The notes beneath the pieces were generated by a model. The model ran no database searches and was not told where the DNA came from. It worked only from the letters and a program-made list of their open reading frames with translations. This document shows, piece by piece, positions 1-10,430 of a stretch of 64,000 nt of DNA. Numbering within the stretch: the first letter of the stretch is position 1; each line of letters begins with the position of its first letter. A program made the position numbers and the translations under genes. This DNA is from Thermoanaerobaculia bacterium (lineage in GTDB: Bacteria > Acidobacteriota > Thermoanaerobaculia > UBA5066): NCBI GenBank assembly GCA_963816185.1, contig CAWFJJ010000028.1, forward strand, positions 224,001 to 288,000, read 5' to 3'.

Positions 1-48
1 AAGAAGATCTTCGGAGAACCTCCTAGAAGGTGAGTAGAGCTTCGGTAT

Positions 49-1104
49 TTGCCGTCGCGGTTCGTGTTCGGGCTGAACGGCCCTGAGCTCTCGGAATCGG
101 AGCGTGCGTTGCTCGTCGCGCTTCGGCCGCTCGGCATCCTTCTTTCTAAGCAGAATCTCCAAACGCCCTTACAGAGCACTTCGCTGCTGGAGGCATTGAG
201 AGGGCTCTTTTCCCCGGCGCCCCTCCTCTTCGTCTCCCAGGAAGGCGGAAGTGAGGATCCGATCGGCCCGCTCCTCGGGACTCCGTGCGCCTCGGCCGCC
301 GCGTGCGCGGCGGCGGGGACGGACCGCGTGCACGAGAACGCGTACCTCATGGGGCGCGCGGCGCGGCTCCTGGGATTCGACGTGGATCTCGCCCCCGTGC
401 TCGATCTCGCGCAGCCGGGCACCGGGGCGGTCGTTCTCGAGGGGCGCTGCTTCGGATTTCACGCCGAGGACGTGGTGGTCTCGGGGTTGATGTTCCTGCA
501 CGGCCTCGCGCGCGCGGGCCTCGCGACCGCCGTGAAGCACTTCCCGGGCCTCGGGCGCGCGGGGAAGGACACGCGCGTCGCGCGCCCGATCGTGGACGCC
601 CACGACGTGGACCTCATGGTGACCGACGTCGCGCCCTTCGCGAAGCTGGCTCGCGGTGCCGACGCCGTCGTCGTGGGCCACGCGGCGTACCCGGGCTTCA
701 CGGGTGACGACACGCCCGCGTCGTTGTCACCGAGGATCCTCGGCGTCCTCCGGGGCTCCGTGGGGTTCGAGGGCGTCGCGTTCGCCGACGATCTCGGGAA
801 AGGCGCTCTCGACGGAACGCTCCCGGAGCGCGCGGAGCGTGCCGCCCGGGCGGGCTGCGACGCGCTCATCATCTCGGCACATAGCGATGCGCGGGAAGAG
901 TGCGCCTCGCGCGTCGCCGCCCTGGGCGACGACCCGTCGCGCGACGCGCGCTTCGCGGCGCTACGCCGGCGCGTCGCCGACGCGCCGCGTCCGCGGTTCG
1001 ACGAGGAAACCTGGAAGCGGCTTGCGGAAGAAGCCACAGCCTTCGGCGAACTGGTGTCAAAGCCGAGAAAGAAAAGAGAAGACGGAGATTTCGGATTTTC
1101 TTAG
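49..1104 (+). CDS. GH3 beta-N-acetylhexosaminidase (NagZ)-like protein, degenerate catalytic motif
   Basis: QEGG, APVLD and KHFPGLG GH3/NagZ motifs; D(S/T)H is replaced by DTR. Confidence 0.75.
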   Translation: MPSRFVFGLNGPELSESERALLVALRPLGILLSKQNLQTPLQSTSLLEALRGLFSPAPLLFVSQEGGSEDPIGPLLGTPCASAAACAAAGTDRVHENAYLMGRAARLLGFDVDLAPVLDLAQPGTGAVVLEGRCFGFHAEDVVVSGLMFLHGLARAGLATAVKHFPGLGRAGKDTRVARPIVDAHDVDLMVTDVAPFAKLARGADAVVVGHAAYPGFTGDDTPASLSPRILGVLRGSVGFEGVAFADDLGKGALDGTLPERAERAARAGCDALIISAHSDAREECASRVAALGDDPSRDARFAALRRRVADAPRPRFDEETWKRLAEEATAFGELVSKPRKKREDGDFGFS

Positions 1105-1264
1105 AAAGGGTATTTGGGCGGAGAGCGAGGCGCCGGCGGCCTGGGCTCGCTCGGCCCGGTACCCCCTGCTCCTTCGCGCGTGAACTCGCTTCGCTCAGAC
1201 AGCACGCGCGTGCGTCGCAAGGGGCACCGGCGCCTCGTTCGCCTCTCCCCCTTCTAAGAAAATC
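1094..1264. repeat. Inverted motif pair GATTTTCTTAGAAAGGG ... CCCCTTCTAAGAAAATC
   Basis: Arms match 16/17 as reverse complements; lies between convergent genes; same motif family recurs at ~15265, ~29150 and ~30320. Confidence 0.7.
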
Positions 1265-1288
1265 TTCTCTTCTCTTTCTAGAAATTTC

Positions 1289-1720
1289 CTAGAACGGGAC
1301 GTCGTCGTCCGCGTCGCCGCCGCCGGCCGCGGCGTCCGGCACCGCCGGAGTCGAAGCGCCCGACGCGCCGGCGGCGTCGGGACGACCGCCGAGCATCTTC
1401 ATGTCGCGCGCCTTGATCTCGGTGGCGTAGCGCTTCTGGCCCGTCTCCTTGTCGTCCCACGTGCGCGTCTGGAGCGCGCCCTCGATGTAGACGAGACGCC
1501 CCTTCGACAGGTATCGCTCGCAGATGCTCGCGAGCTTGTCGAACGCGATGACCGTGTGCCACTCGGTCTTCTCCTGCTTCTGCCCGCTGGCGCGGTCGTT
1601 CCACGTTTCCGTCGTGGCGATACGCAGTCGCGCGATGGGCACGCCCCCCGTCGTGGCGCGCATTTCGGGATCGGCCCCGAGGTGGCCGATGAGGATCACC
1701 TTGTTCACGGATCCAGCCAT
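1289..1720 (-). CDS. ssb: Single-stranded DNA-binding protein
   Basis: SVNKVILIGHLGADPE, KTEWH and acidic DDDVPF C-terminus. Confidence 0.97.
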   Translation of the reverse strand: MAGSVNKVILIGHLGADPEMRATTGGVPIARLRIATTETWNDRASGQKQEKTEWHTVIAFDKLASICERYLSKGRLVYIEGALQTRTWDDKETGQKRYATEIKARDMKMLGGRPDAAGASGASTPAVPDAAAGGGDADDDVPF

Positions 1721-1760
1721 GTCCGTCCTCCGATCGTCCGGATCCTACAATCGGTCCGGT

Positions 1761-3347
1761 TTGAGCGAAACGCGGAAGCTGGTCCGGTCGGCCTGGGGCA
1801 TTACCGCGTGGACGGCCGTGTCGCGGGCGGCGGGCATCCTGCGCGACGCGACGATCGCCCGTTTTCTCGGCGCATCCGCGTTGTCGGACGCGTTCTACAC
1901 GGCGTTCCGCATCCCGAACACTTTCCGGGCGATCGTGGGGGAGGGCGGCCTGCCCGGGGCGTTCATCCCGATGGCGAAGAAGGTGGAGCGCGAGCGGCCG
2001 GGCGAGGAAGGCGTCTACGCCGGCCGCGTCCTCGCTCTCCTTCTCTGCGTCCTCGTGGCGCTCGTGGCGCTCGGAATCCTCTTCGCGGACCCGATCGTCT
2101 CCCTCTTCGCGAACGGCTTCAAGGCGACGCCGGGGAAATTCGAGCTGACCGTGCGCCTGACTCGCTGGATGTTCCCGTACGTCCTCCTCGTGTCCGCCGC
2201 CGCGCTCCTCGAGGCTTTCCTGAACGCGAAGGGATTCTTCCAGCTCTCGGCGGCGACGCCGATCGCGTGGAACGTCGCGATCGTCGTCTCCGCATGGGCG
2301 CTCGCGCCCGCGGGCGTGTCGCCGCTCGCGGCGCTCACGGTGGGCGTTCTCGTGGGCGGTTTTCTCCAGGTCGCGCTGCAGGGGCCCGCGGTGCGGCGGC
2401 TCGGCTTGCGCTTTTCGGGCTCGCCGTTTCGTGACAGGGACGTGAAGAGGACGGCTCTTCAGATCGCCCCGCGCCTCTATGGCTACGGCATCGGGCAGCT
2501 CTCGTTTCTCGTGTCGACCCGCACGCTGGCGGCGCTCGGAGACGCGTTCGTGACGTACAACTTCTGCGCGTGGCGCGTCACCGACTTCGTCCTCGGCGCG
2601 TTCGTCGTCTCGCTCACGCGGACCATCCTGCCGTCGCTCTCGAACCAGGCGCTCGAAAAGGACCGGACCGCCTACCGCGGGACGATCGCGTTCGCGTTGC
2701 GGCTGATCGGACTCATCACGATCCCCTCGACCGTCGGGCTCTGGCTGCTCGCGACCCCGCTCATCGACGTCGTGTTCCGCCGCGGACGCTTCGGGACTGC
2801 CGACGTGCAGAAGACGGCGCTCGCGGTCGGGTTCTTCGCGCTCGGCCTCTACGCGGCTGCGGGCGTGAAGATCCTCACACAGGCGTTCTACGCGCTCCAC
2901 GACACGCGGACCCCGGTCCTCGTCGGCACGTTCGACCTCGCCGTGTTCTGGATCCTCTGTGTCGCCCTGGCCGGGCCGATGCAGCACGCGGGCGTCGCCC
3001 TCGCGACGGCAGCCGGCTTCTGGATCAACTTTCTCGCGCTCCTCGCTCTGCTCAGAAGACGGCTCGGCCGGGTCGGCGGCCGCCGTATTCTCGCGTCTCT
3101 TCTCCGGCTCGCGGTCGCGAGCCTCGGGATGGGCGCCGTCGTATGGGTAGTCTCGGCGAGACTCGTGCCCTACCGGATGATCTGGCTGCTGCCGCTCCGG
3201 ATCGGATGGGTCGGCGCGGTCGCCTCGCTCGGCGCAGTCGTCTTTCTCGCCTTCGCGAAGCTTCTCCGCGTACCGGAGGTCGACGAGGTCCTCGGCGCGT
3301 TTCGGAAAAAGGGGACGGATACACACACGGCACAGGAGCCGCGATGA
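1761..3347 (+). CDS. murJ: Lipid II flippase MurJ (MviN)
   Basis: SRAAGILRD, SDAFYTAFRIPN, GEGG, many TM helices; TTG start at 1761 chosen because the longer ORF overlaps ssb. Confidence 0.92.
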   Translation: MSETRKLVRSAWGITAWTAVSRAAGILRDATIARFLGASALSDAFYTAFRIPNTFRAIVGEGGLPGAFIPMAKKVERERPGEEGVYAGRVLALLLCVLVALVALGILFADPIVSLFANGFKATPGKFELTVRLTRWMFPYVLLVSAAALLEAFLNAKGFFQLSAATPIAWNVAIVVSAWALAPAGVSPLAALTVGVLVGGFLQVALQGPAVRRLGLRFSGSPFRDRDVKRTALQIAPRLYGYGIGQLSFLVSTRTLAALGDAFVTYNFCAWRVTDFVLGAFVVSLTRTILPSLSNQALEKDRTAYRGTIAFALRLIGLITIPSTVGLWLLATPLIDVVFRRGRFGTADVQKTALAVGFFALGLYAAAGVKILTQAFYALHDTRTPVLVGTFDLAVFWILCVALAGPMQHAGVALATAAGFWINFLALLALLRRRLGRVGGRRILASLLRLAVASLGMGAVVWVVSARLVPYRMIWLLPLRIGWVGAVASLGAVVFLAFAKLLRVPEVDEVLGAFRKKGTDTHTAQEPR

Positions 3348-3706
3348 TCGACAAAATCAACCTCCGCGAAAAGCTGGCGCGCTTCACGTCGCGCTGGGAC
3401 CCGAAGATCGTGGCCGAGCTGAACGGCCAGCACGTGAAGCTCGTGAAGTTCGAGGGGCCGTTCCTCTGGCACCGGCACGAGAACGAGGACGAGCTGTTTC
3501 TCGTCGTCGAGGGCGAGTTCGTCATGGAGTTTCGCGACCGCTCGGTTCCGGTGCGGGCGGGCGAGCTCATCGTCGTGCCGCGCGGCACCGAGCACCGGCC
3601 CGTTGCCGAGAAGGAAGTCCACGTCCTCCTCTTCGAGCCCGTCTCGACGGTCAATACGGGAGACGCCGGCGGAGAGAGGACGATAACCGCGCCGGAGTGG
3701 ATCTGA
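3344..3706 (+). CDS. Cupin domain protein
   Basis: MIDKINLREKL...WHRHENEDELF...VPRGTEHRP cupin motifs; ATGA overlap with murJ stop. Confidence 0.9.
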   Translation: MIDKINLREKLARFTSRWDPKIVAELNGQHVKLVKFEGPFLWHRHENEDELFLVVEGEFVMEFRDRSVPVRAGELIVVPRGTEHRPVAEKEVHVLLFEPVSTVNTGDAGGERTITAPEWI

Positions 3707-3731
3707 GGGAAGAAGAATCGCCGAAGAAGAA

Positions 3732-3760
3732 ACGCCCGCCGACGCGTGGCCGGCGGGCGT
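3732..3760. terminator. GC-rich hairpin between convergent genes
   Basis: ACGCCCGCC...GGCGGGCGT inverted repeat. Confidence 0.5.
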
Positions 3761-3783
3761 CATGAATCAAAGGGAGCCGGGAC

Positions 3784-4752
3784 TTAGTGCCCGTCGAGGC
3801 AGCCCTTCTGGCCGCTGCTGTTGGGGTATCCCGTGCCCGCCGTGTACGCGGCGTTCGACCATTCCCCCTGCAGCTTCCAGCTCGTGCCGTTCGGGAAGCT
3901 CACGGAGGGCACGTTGAACGTCCAGGCGCACTTGTCGCCGTTCTCGGCGCCGCGGGAGTCGTACCACGCGCCCGGGCTGGCGGGATCGGTGCGGGCCTCG
4001 GAGAGCTCGTGCGCCGAGACATTCGCGAGCGCCGCGAGGCCCTGCGACTCTCCGCTCACGGTCGACTGAGCATCGCAGCCGGGGTCGCCGTCCAGCTTCC
4101 AGAAGAAGGCGAACTGGACCGGAACACCTCCGCATGTGCCCGAGCTGTGCCACGCGCAGTACCCGGCGTTGCCGCGCGGGAGGTCCGTGTAGACGGCGTA
4201 GTAAGCCGTTCCGTCGTTTGGCCCGGTGAACTGCCTGCAGGCCTCCGCGAGGATCGCCGAGGTGGACCCTCCGCCGGAGGCCGCCGAGGTGTCGACGACG
4301 TGGGCGAGAGAAAACAGGGTCGGACCAACCTGATGACCCGTCCCGAGGGTGTCCTTGTATTCGTCGGAAGTCTTCGCGTAGTTGCTGCCGCTGAAGCCTG
4401 AATAGAAGTTGTCGATGCCGGTGATCTTGTCGCCCGGGCTGGAGTTCCAAGTCGTGCCCCAGAAGATGCTCTTGACGGTCGCCGTCGTGAGGATCTTCCC
4501 CCCGTGGTACGTCATGTTCGCGGTGCGGCGCGCGAGAGGCTGGCGGGCGATCGCCTTCTCGTACTCCCCACGCGTCAGGAGAATGACGACCGGCGCATCG
4601 GTCGGTGCGCCTTCCACCGCCGCCGGAGCCACGGCGGTGCTCGTACCGACCTGCGGCGTCGTGGCCTCTTCGACCTCCACCGAGAGCGCGGGCGCGGCCG
4701 TGAGGGTGAGCGCCGCCGCGAACGTCAACCCCGGGATGAGCCCCTTCTTCAT
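3784..4752 (-). CDS. Secreted Phi-1/EXORDIUM-like protein
   Basis: Signal peptide MKKGLIPGL...; NMTYHGG, YCAWH, HELSEARTDP, ENGDKC, LQGEWSN motifs. Confidence 0.65.
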   Translation of the reverse strand: MKKGLIPGLTFAAALTLTAAPALSVEVEEATTPQVGTSTAVAPAAVEGAPTDAPVVILLTRGEYEKAIARQPLARRTANMTYHGGKILTTATVKSIFWGTTWNSSPGDKITGIDNFYSGFSGSNYAKTSDEYKDTLGTGHQVGPTLFSLAHVVDTSAASGGGSTSAILAEACRQFTGPNDGTAYYAVYTDLPRGNAGYCAWHSSGTCGGVPVQFAFFWKLDGDPGCDAQSTVSGESQGLAALANVSAHELSEARTDPASPGAWYDSRGAENGDKCAWTFNVPSVSFPNGTSWKLQGEWSNAAYTAGTGYPNSSGQKGCLDGH

Positions 4753-4922
4753 CGATTTCCTCCTGAACGGATAGATCTCGCCGGGACGATGGCCGGATGG
4801 ACGGTCAGCGAGTACCCCGCCCGAGGCCTCGAGGACGTTTGCTGGACACATAGGCTAGCAGAGAAGAAGACTCCGTCTCAAACAGAATCGGGAGACACAG
4901 GCCGACTCCTTGCGCGCCCCTT

Positions 4923-5843
4923 CTAGAGGATCTGGATCGGGACCGGGGCGAAGCAGAGGACGAAAATGAGAAGCACACCCGCGGCGACGAGCTTGCGCCG
5001 GTCGTCGAGCGGCTCGCCTTCGTTCGCGACCGGCGGATGGCGGATGCCGGTGAAGAACGTGAAGAGCACCCACACCCACCAGCCCGCCCACTTCAGGCCG
5101 AGAACCGCAAGGACGACGAGGAGCGGCAGCGCGAGGACGCGCTGGAATCGGCCGAACACGGCGTAGACCGCGTGCCCGCCGTCGAGTTGCCCGAGCGGCA
5201 GCAGGTTCAACGCGGTCACGAAGAGCCCGAACCACGCGGCGAGAAAGACGGGATGCTCGACGACGTCCACGCTCGTGTACGTCGTGCCGGCGAAGAGCTT
5301 CTGGAAGAGCTGGACGAGCATCGGGTACTGGAAGATCACGGTCCCTTCCGCGAGCGCCGGGGACGGATTGACCCTCGAGTGCGAGACGCCCCAGGCGAGA
5401 AGCGGGACGGCCACTGCAAACCCGGCGATCGGGCCCGCCACGGCCATGTCGAAGAGCTGGCGCTTGTCGCGAATCTGCTCGCGGATACGGATGAAGGCGC
5501 CCATCGTCCCGACGAGGGAAATCTGCGGCGGAAACGGGATGAAGTAAGGAGGCGACGCGTCGATGCCGTACCGGCGGCAAACGAGATAGTGGCCGAGCTC
5601 GTGTGCCAGGAGGATGGCCAGAAGGGGAAGCGAGAACACGAGCCCTTCCTTGAAAAAGCGGGGATCGAAGAAAGACGGTGCCCTTTCGATTCGAAGACGA
5701 AGTGCAGGACGAAATCCCGCCGCGAAGACGAGGCCCGCGTACGTCGTCGTGAGGAACGTCGCCGCGAAGAGCAGCCCGTGAAGCCACCACCGCTCCTTCC
5801 GCCGCGGCACGGCGGCCGGCGCGCTCGCCGAGACCTCGCTCAT
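4923..5843 (-). CDS. Site-2 protease (M50) family membrane metalloprotease
   Basis: HELGH, AGPIAG, NLLPLGQLDGGH. Confidence 0.93.
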   Translation of the reverse strand: MSEVSASAPAAVPRRKERWWLHGLLFAATFLTTTYAGLVFAAGFRPALRLRIERAPSFFDPRFFKEGLVFSLPLLAILLAHELGHYLVCRRYGIDASPPYFIPFPPQISLVGTMGAFIRIREQIRDKRQLFDMAVAGPIAGFAVAVPLLAWGVSHSRVNPSPALAEGTVIFQYPMLVQLFQKLFAGTTYTSVDVVEHPVFLAAWFGLFVTALNLLPLGQLDGGHAVYAVFGRFQRVLALPLLVVLAVLGLKWAGWWVWVLFTFFTGIRHPPVANEGEPLDDRRKLVAAGVLLIFVLCFAPVPIQIL

Positions 5844-5847
5844 CGTT

Positions 5848-6186
5848 TCAGGAGGACGTGCCGGAGGGGGGAGGGCCGGGGGACGCCGCCTTCGCGGCCG
5901 GCTCTTCGGGCGGGCCGGTCATGTCGCGCAGCTCCTTGCCCGGCTTGAACCGGATCGTGAAGCCGGGCGGAATCTGCACTTCCTCGGTGGGGCGTTTCGG
6001 GTTGCGGCCGATGCCGCGCTTCCTGGGCTTCACGAGGAACACGCCGAAGCCGCGCAGCTCGATGCGCTCGCCCCGGGACAGCGCCTGGCGCAGCACGTCG
6101 ATGATCGTCTCGACGGCTTGCGTCGCTTTCTGTCGCCCCACGCCGGCCGCTTCCGCGACCGCGTTGATGATGTCGTTCTTGATCAC
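5848..6186 (-). CDS. HU/IHF family DNA-binding protein
   Basis: IELRGFGVF, GRNPK, FKPGKELR. Confidence 0.93.
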   Translation of the reverse strand: MIKNDIINAVAEAAGVGRQKATQAVETIIDVLRQALSRGERIELRGFGVFLVKPRKRGIGRNPKRPTEEVQIPPGFTIRFKPGKELRDMTGPPEEPAAKAASPGPPPSGTSS

Positions 6187-6254
6187 GTGGAGCTGAGTCT
6201 ACCTGTCCTCGGGCATCTCGTTCAAATCAAGTCGTTTGGGCCGTCTTCCGCCGG

Positions 6255-7523
6255 TCAAAGGCGACCGAGACGCCTTTTCAGCAGAACGATCTCGAGGGCC
6301 GTCGCGGCCATGGCCGCGAGGCGCTTCAGCGCCGGCACCGATGGAGGGCGCTCCTCGGACTCGGCCTCGCCGTAGAGGTAGAGAACGGTCTTGCCTTTGA
6401 GGTTGACGGGAACGACGGCCATCAGCCCGAGACCGTCCGACCCGAGGGCCTCGAGCGTCGAGGCCGTTCCGGGCAGGTCCGGCTGCGGTCCGACGTAGAA
6501 CCCTTCGGTGTTGCGCAGCGTCGCGAAGACGGAGGGTTCCGTGTCGGGCAGATGAAGCGACGAAAACGCGGACGAGGCGGGCCGGGCGGCCCAACCCCGC
6601 ACGTGGTCGGGATACGCGACGAAGAGAGCCGCGCGGCGCACGTGGCGCATCGATTCTTCGAGCACGGCGTCGGCGATGTCGTCACGGCTTCGCGCCGCGC
6701 CCAGGCGCGCGACGAGTCGCTCTTCGCCCTCCGGCTCGCCCCCGACCTCGACGTCCGGCTCCTCGAGCCGGTGCGGGAACTCCATCGAGTCCGGCTCCGG
6801 GTCGATGGACGCGAGCGGATCCTCGAAGATTTCCGACTCCATGAGCCGCGCGGTGACCGCGAGCGAGGCCGCCGGTGTGAGATCGGCCGCGGCCTGCCAC
6901 GGGTCACCCTGATCGAGACGCCGTGCGCGTTGCGGGTAGGGGGACGTGAGGTCGGGCGGCGGGGGCGGCACGACGCGCAGATCCGGCCGGCTCTTCGGAC
7001 GTGGCACCCGCGCGGGCTGCGTCGGCTCGTCCGGATCCAGGTCGGTGGCGGGCTGGGTCTCGCGGAGGAATGCGGCTGCCGAAAGGTAACGGGGCTCGAC
7101 GTCGGCGGCGTAATAGCGGTAGAGAAGCGCGTAGATGCGCACTTCGAGCGCGGCGTGCGGGACGATGCGGAAACCCGTGAGGGCCGTGAGCTCGTCGAGA
7201 GCAGGGAGGTCGCCGGGATCGCGCATCGCGACGGCGAGGCTGCGTCCGTCCCTGCGAAAGGGCACGGCGTGCAGGCGCTGGGCGACGCGGCCGGGCACGA
7301 GGCGCAGGACGTCGGCGCGTATCTGCTCGAGCGCCTCCGGCGAGGCCGGTGGGACCCGGTGCTGGACGGAGAGGCCGTGGAGAACGATCTCCTCGGACGC
7401 TTCTTCCTCGAGCAGCGCCGTCCCGATCCGCCCCTGCTGGCGGATCTGCCGCATCACGGCGCGGTTTCGCTGCTCGTCGGTGATGAGTGTCTTTTCGATG
7501 AGGAGGTCGCCCAGCCGCGGCAT
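6255..7523 (-). CDS. GspE N-terminal (MshEN-like) domain protein without ATPase domain
   Basis: RLGDLLIE...RIGTALL, VAMRDPGD; Pro/acidic linker; GAF-like C-terminus; no Walker A seen. Confidence 0.7.
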   Translation of the reverse strand: MPRLGDLLIEKTLITDEQRNRAVMRQIRQQGRIGTALLEEEASEEIVLHGLSVQHRVPPASPEALEQIRADVLRLVPGRVAQRLHAVPFRRDGRSLAVAMRDPGDLPALDELTALTGFRIVPHAALEVRIYALLYRYYAADVEPRYLSAAAFLRETQPATDLDPDEPTQPARVPRPKSRPDLRVVPPPPPDLTSPYPQRARRLDQGDPWQAAADLTPAASLAVTARLMESEIFEDPLASIDPEPDSMEFPHRLEEPDVEVGGEPEGEERLVARLGAARSRDDIADAVLEESMRHVRRAALFVAYPDHVRGWAARPASSAFSSLHLPDTEPSVFATLRNTEGFYVGPQPDLPGTASTLEALGSDGLGLMAVVPVNLKGKTVLYLYGEAESEERPPSVPALKRLAAMAATALEIVLLKRRLGRL

Positions 7524-7573
7524 GATTCCTCGAAACTCCATCTTACACGGCGTCTCCCTGTAGAATCGCGAGC

Positions 7574-7978
7574 ATGAGCGAGCGGCCCATTCGCGTTCTG
7601 GTCGCGAAGCCCGGCCTCGACGGGCACGATCGCGGCGCGAAGGTCATCGCGCGCGCGCTTCGCGACGCCGGCATGGAGGTCATTTACTCCGGCCTGAGGC
7701 AGACGCCCCGACAGATCGCCGCCGCGGCCGTCCAGGAAGACGTCGACGTCGTGGGTCTTTCGATCCTCTCCGGCGCCCACAACGTCCTCGTGCCCGAGGT
7801 CATCGACGCCCTGAAGGAAAGCGGCGGCGGAAGCATCGCCGTCGTCGTCGGCGGAATCATTCCCGAGAAGGACATCGCTCCGCTCAAGGCCCGGGGCGTC
7901 CGCGACATCTTTCTTCCGGGAACGACCACCGGCGCCACGGTCGATGCCATCCGCCGCCTCGCGGGCGAGCGGGCGTGA
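7574..7978 (+). CDS. Cobalamin-binding domain protein (acyl-CoA mutase small subunit)
   Basis: [12 protein letters not shown] (DxHxxG), SILSGAH, GGIIP. Confidence 0.93.
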   Translation: MSERPIRVLVAKPGLDGHDRGAKVIARALRDAGMEVIYSGLRQTPRQIAAAAVQEDVDVVGLSILSGAHNVLVPEVIDALKESGGGSIAVVVGGIIPEKDIAPLKARGVRDIFLPGTTTGATVDAIRRLAGERA

Positions 7979-9588
7979 GCGAAGTCCTCGTCTCGCAACT
8001 CTCCACGTCCTCTCCGGAATTCCGGGAGAATGCCGCCCACCACCGCACGCTCGCCGCGCGCCTGAACGGCGAGCTTGCAAAGGTCCGGGAAGGCGGAGGA
8101 GAGAAAGAGCGTGCGCGGCACGTCGCGCGCGGCAAGCTTCCGGTCCGCGAGCGCCTCGAGCGCCTCCTCGATCCGGGGACCGCCTTTCTCGAGGTCGCGC
8201 CCCTCGCGGGCTGGGGTCTCTACGGAGACGCCGCGCCCGGCGCGGGCCTCGTCACCGGAGTGGGCCGCGTCTCCGGCCGTGAGGTCGTCGTCGTCGCGAA
8301 CGACGCGACGGTGAAGGGCGGCACGTATTACCCGGTCAGTGTGAAGAAGCACCTGAGGGCGCAGGAGATCGCGATGGAGAACGCGCTTCCGGCGGTCTAC
8401 CTCGTGGATTCGGGCGGCGCGTTCCTGCCGCTGCAGGCCGAGGTGTTTCCCGACCGGGACCACTTCGGCCGCATCTTCTACAACCAGGCGCGCATGAGCG
8501 CGGCGCGCCTCCCGCAGATCGCGGCCGTGCTCGGCTCGTGCACGGCGGGCGGCGCTTACGTACCCGCGATGTCGGATGAGACCGTCATCGTGAAGAACCA
8601 GGGGACGATCTTTCTCGCGGGCCCGCCGCTCGTGAAGGCCGCGACCGGGGAAGACGTGACCGCCGAGGAGCTCGGCGGGGGCGACGTGCACACGCGCCTT
8701 TCGGGCGTCGCGGACCACCTCGCCGAGGACGACGCCGACGCGCTCGAGAAGGTGCGCGACATCGTCGCCCATCTCGGGGGCGCGCCGCGCGACGCGCCGG
8801 GCCGCGTCGAGCCCGAGGAGCCCCGATACCCCGCGGACGAGCTCTACGGCGTCGTCCCGAAAGATCTTCGCAGGCCGTATGACGTGCGCGAGCTGCTGGC
8901 GCGGATCCTCGACGGATCGCGCTTCCACGAGTTCAAGCCGCGGTACGGGGCCACGCTCGTGACGGGCTTTGGCCACGTCTCGGGCTTTCCCGTGGCCATC
9001 CTCGCGAACAACGGCGTTCTCTTCTCCGAGTCGGCGCTCAAGGCGACGCATTTCATCGAGATGGCGTGCCAGCGCGAGGTGCCGCTCGTCTTCTTCCAGA
9101 ACATCACGGGGTTCATGGTCGGAAAGACGTACGAGCAGGGCGGCATCGCGAAGGACGGCGCCAAGATGGTCCATGCGGTCGCGAATGCCGCCGTCCCGAA
9201 GTTCACGCTTCTCGTCGGAGGCTCCTTCGGCGCAGGCAACTACGGGATGTGCGGACGCGCGTACCAGCCGCGCTTTCTCTGGACGTGGCCGAACGCCCGG
9301 ATCAGCGTCATGGGAGGCGAGCAGGCGGCGGACGTTCTGGCGACCGTCAAGGACGACCAGCGCCTCAGGGAGGGAACGGCGAAGATGACCGAAGCGGAAC
9401 GGAACGCGTTCAAGAAGCCCACTCTGGAGAAGTACGAGGTCGAAGGGAATCCCTATTTCGCCACGGGGCGCCTGTGGGACGACGGGATCCTGGACCCGGT
9501 CGAGACGCGACGCGTCCTCGCGCTCGGTCTGGCAGCCGCCGCGAACGCGCCGCGCCGTGAGACACGCTTCGGCGTGTTCCGGATGTAG
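7975..9588 (+). CDS. 3-methylcrotonyl-CoA carboxylase carboxyltransferase subunit
   Basis: [32 protein letters not shown] terminus. Confidence 0.93.
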   Translation: MSEVLVSQLSTSSPEFRENAAHHRTLAARLNGELAKVREGGGEKERARHVARGKLPVRERLERLLDPGTAFLEVAPLAGWGLYGDAAPGAGLVTGVGRVSGREVVVVANDATVKGGTYYPVSVKKHLRAQEIAMENALPAVYLVDSGGAFLPLQAEVFPDRDHFGRIFYNQARMSAARLPQIAAVLGSCTAGGAYVPAMSDETVIVKNQGTIFLAGPPLVKAATGEDVTAEELGGGDVHTRLSGVADHLAEDDADALEKVRDIVAHLGGAPRDAPGRVEPEEPRYPADELYGVVPKDLRRPYDVRELLARILDGSRFHEFKPRYGATLVTGFGHVSGFPVAILANNGVLFSESALKATHFIEMACQREVPLVFFQNITGFMVGKTYEQGGIAKDGAKMVHAVANAAVPKFTLLVGGSFGAGNYGMCGRAYQPRFLWTWPNARISVMGGEQAADVLATVKDDQRLREGTAKMTEAERNAFKKPTLEKYEVEGNPYFATGRLWDDGILDPVETRRVLALGLAAAANAPRRETRFGVFRM

Positions 9589-9590
9589 AC

Positions 9591-10430
9591 ATGAGGCGCG
9601 CCTTCCTTCCGTTGCTTTTCGCGGTCCTTCTGCCGCTCGTGTCGCGCGCGGATCAGCGCCTCGACTGCGGCACCGTGGATGCTCTCGAAGTCACGTCTCT
9701 GACCCGGACGAAGGTCACGGCGTTTCTGCGCACGTCCCTCCCGGGTACGCCCGAGGGGGGCAAACAGAAGTTCTCGGGTGAGATCGCCGTAGCGAACACG
9801 CCGCTGCCGATCGCACCTTCCCTGACGGCGATGGTCCAGCAGGGGCCTGGAGGAAACGCCGTTGTGCTCCTCGTGGATCTCGAGCTTGCGAGGATTCCCC
9901 AGGCTCTTCTCTCGCGGCTCCATCCGCTCGCGCTCGACGTGATGGTCAACGGCTTGCTCGCGGGTGCGACCGGGCCGCCGGTGCCTGTCTGCGCGGTAGG
10001 AATCCTGAAGGTCGGAACGCAGGACGTGCGATCGTCGGCGCCCATGGGCGCCACGCTCGCGGGTTTTTCCGGGGCGCGCTTCACGGGAATGTCGCTGACC
10101 GAGATGGAGGGGCAGGCCACGGCGACGTTTTTCAACCCGCTCTCGTTTCCTCTCGACGTGAAGGACCTCGTGTACGCCGTGTGGGTGGGCGACCGGAAGC
10201 TCGCCGAAGGCGAGCGTCACGGCGTCAGGCTCCACCCGGGCCGCGAGAACGCGATCGAGCTTCCGATCAGCGCCGCAAACGCCGATCTTCTGGCCGCCCT
10301 CGGCGGCGTGGTGACGGGAGGCGGCCGCGTCGCCGGCAGGCTCGTCGCGCGCGTCTCCCTGCGCGTCGGCAAGGATCAGCTTCTCACGGTTCCGCTCGAC
10401 CTTCCCGGGTCGGTCCAGGTGATGCGATGA
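9591..10430 (+). CDS. Secreted LEA type 2 (WHy) domain protein
   Basis: Signal peptide; NPLSFPLDVKDLVY LEA_2-like motif. Confidence 0.65.
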   Translation: MRRAFLPLLFAVLLPLVSRADQRLDCGTVDALEVTSLTRTKVTAFLRTSLPGTPEGGKQKFSGEIAVANTPLPIAPSLTAMVQQGPGGNAVVLLVDLELARIPQALLSRLHPLALDVMVNGLLAGATGPPVPVCAVGILKVGTQDVRSSAPMGATLAGFSGARFTGMSLTEMEGQATATFFNPLSFPLDVKDLVYAVWVGDRKLAEGERHGVRLHPGRENAIELPISAANADLLAALGGVVTGGGRVAGRLVARVSLRVGKDQLLTVPLDLPGSVQVMR

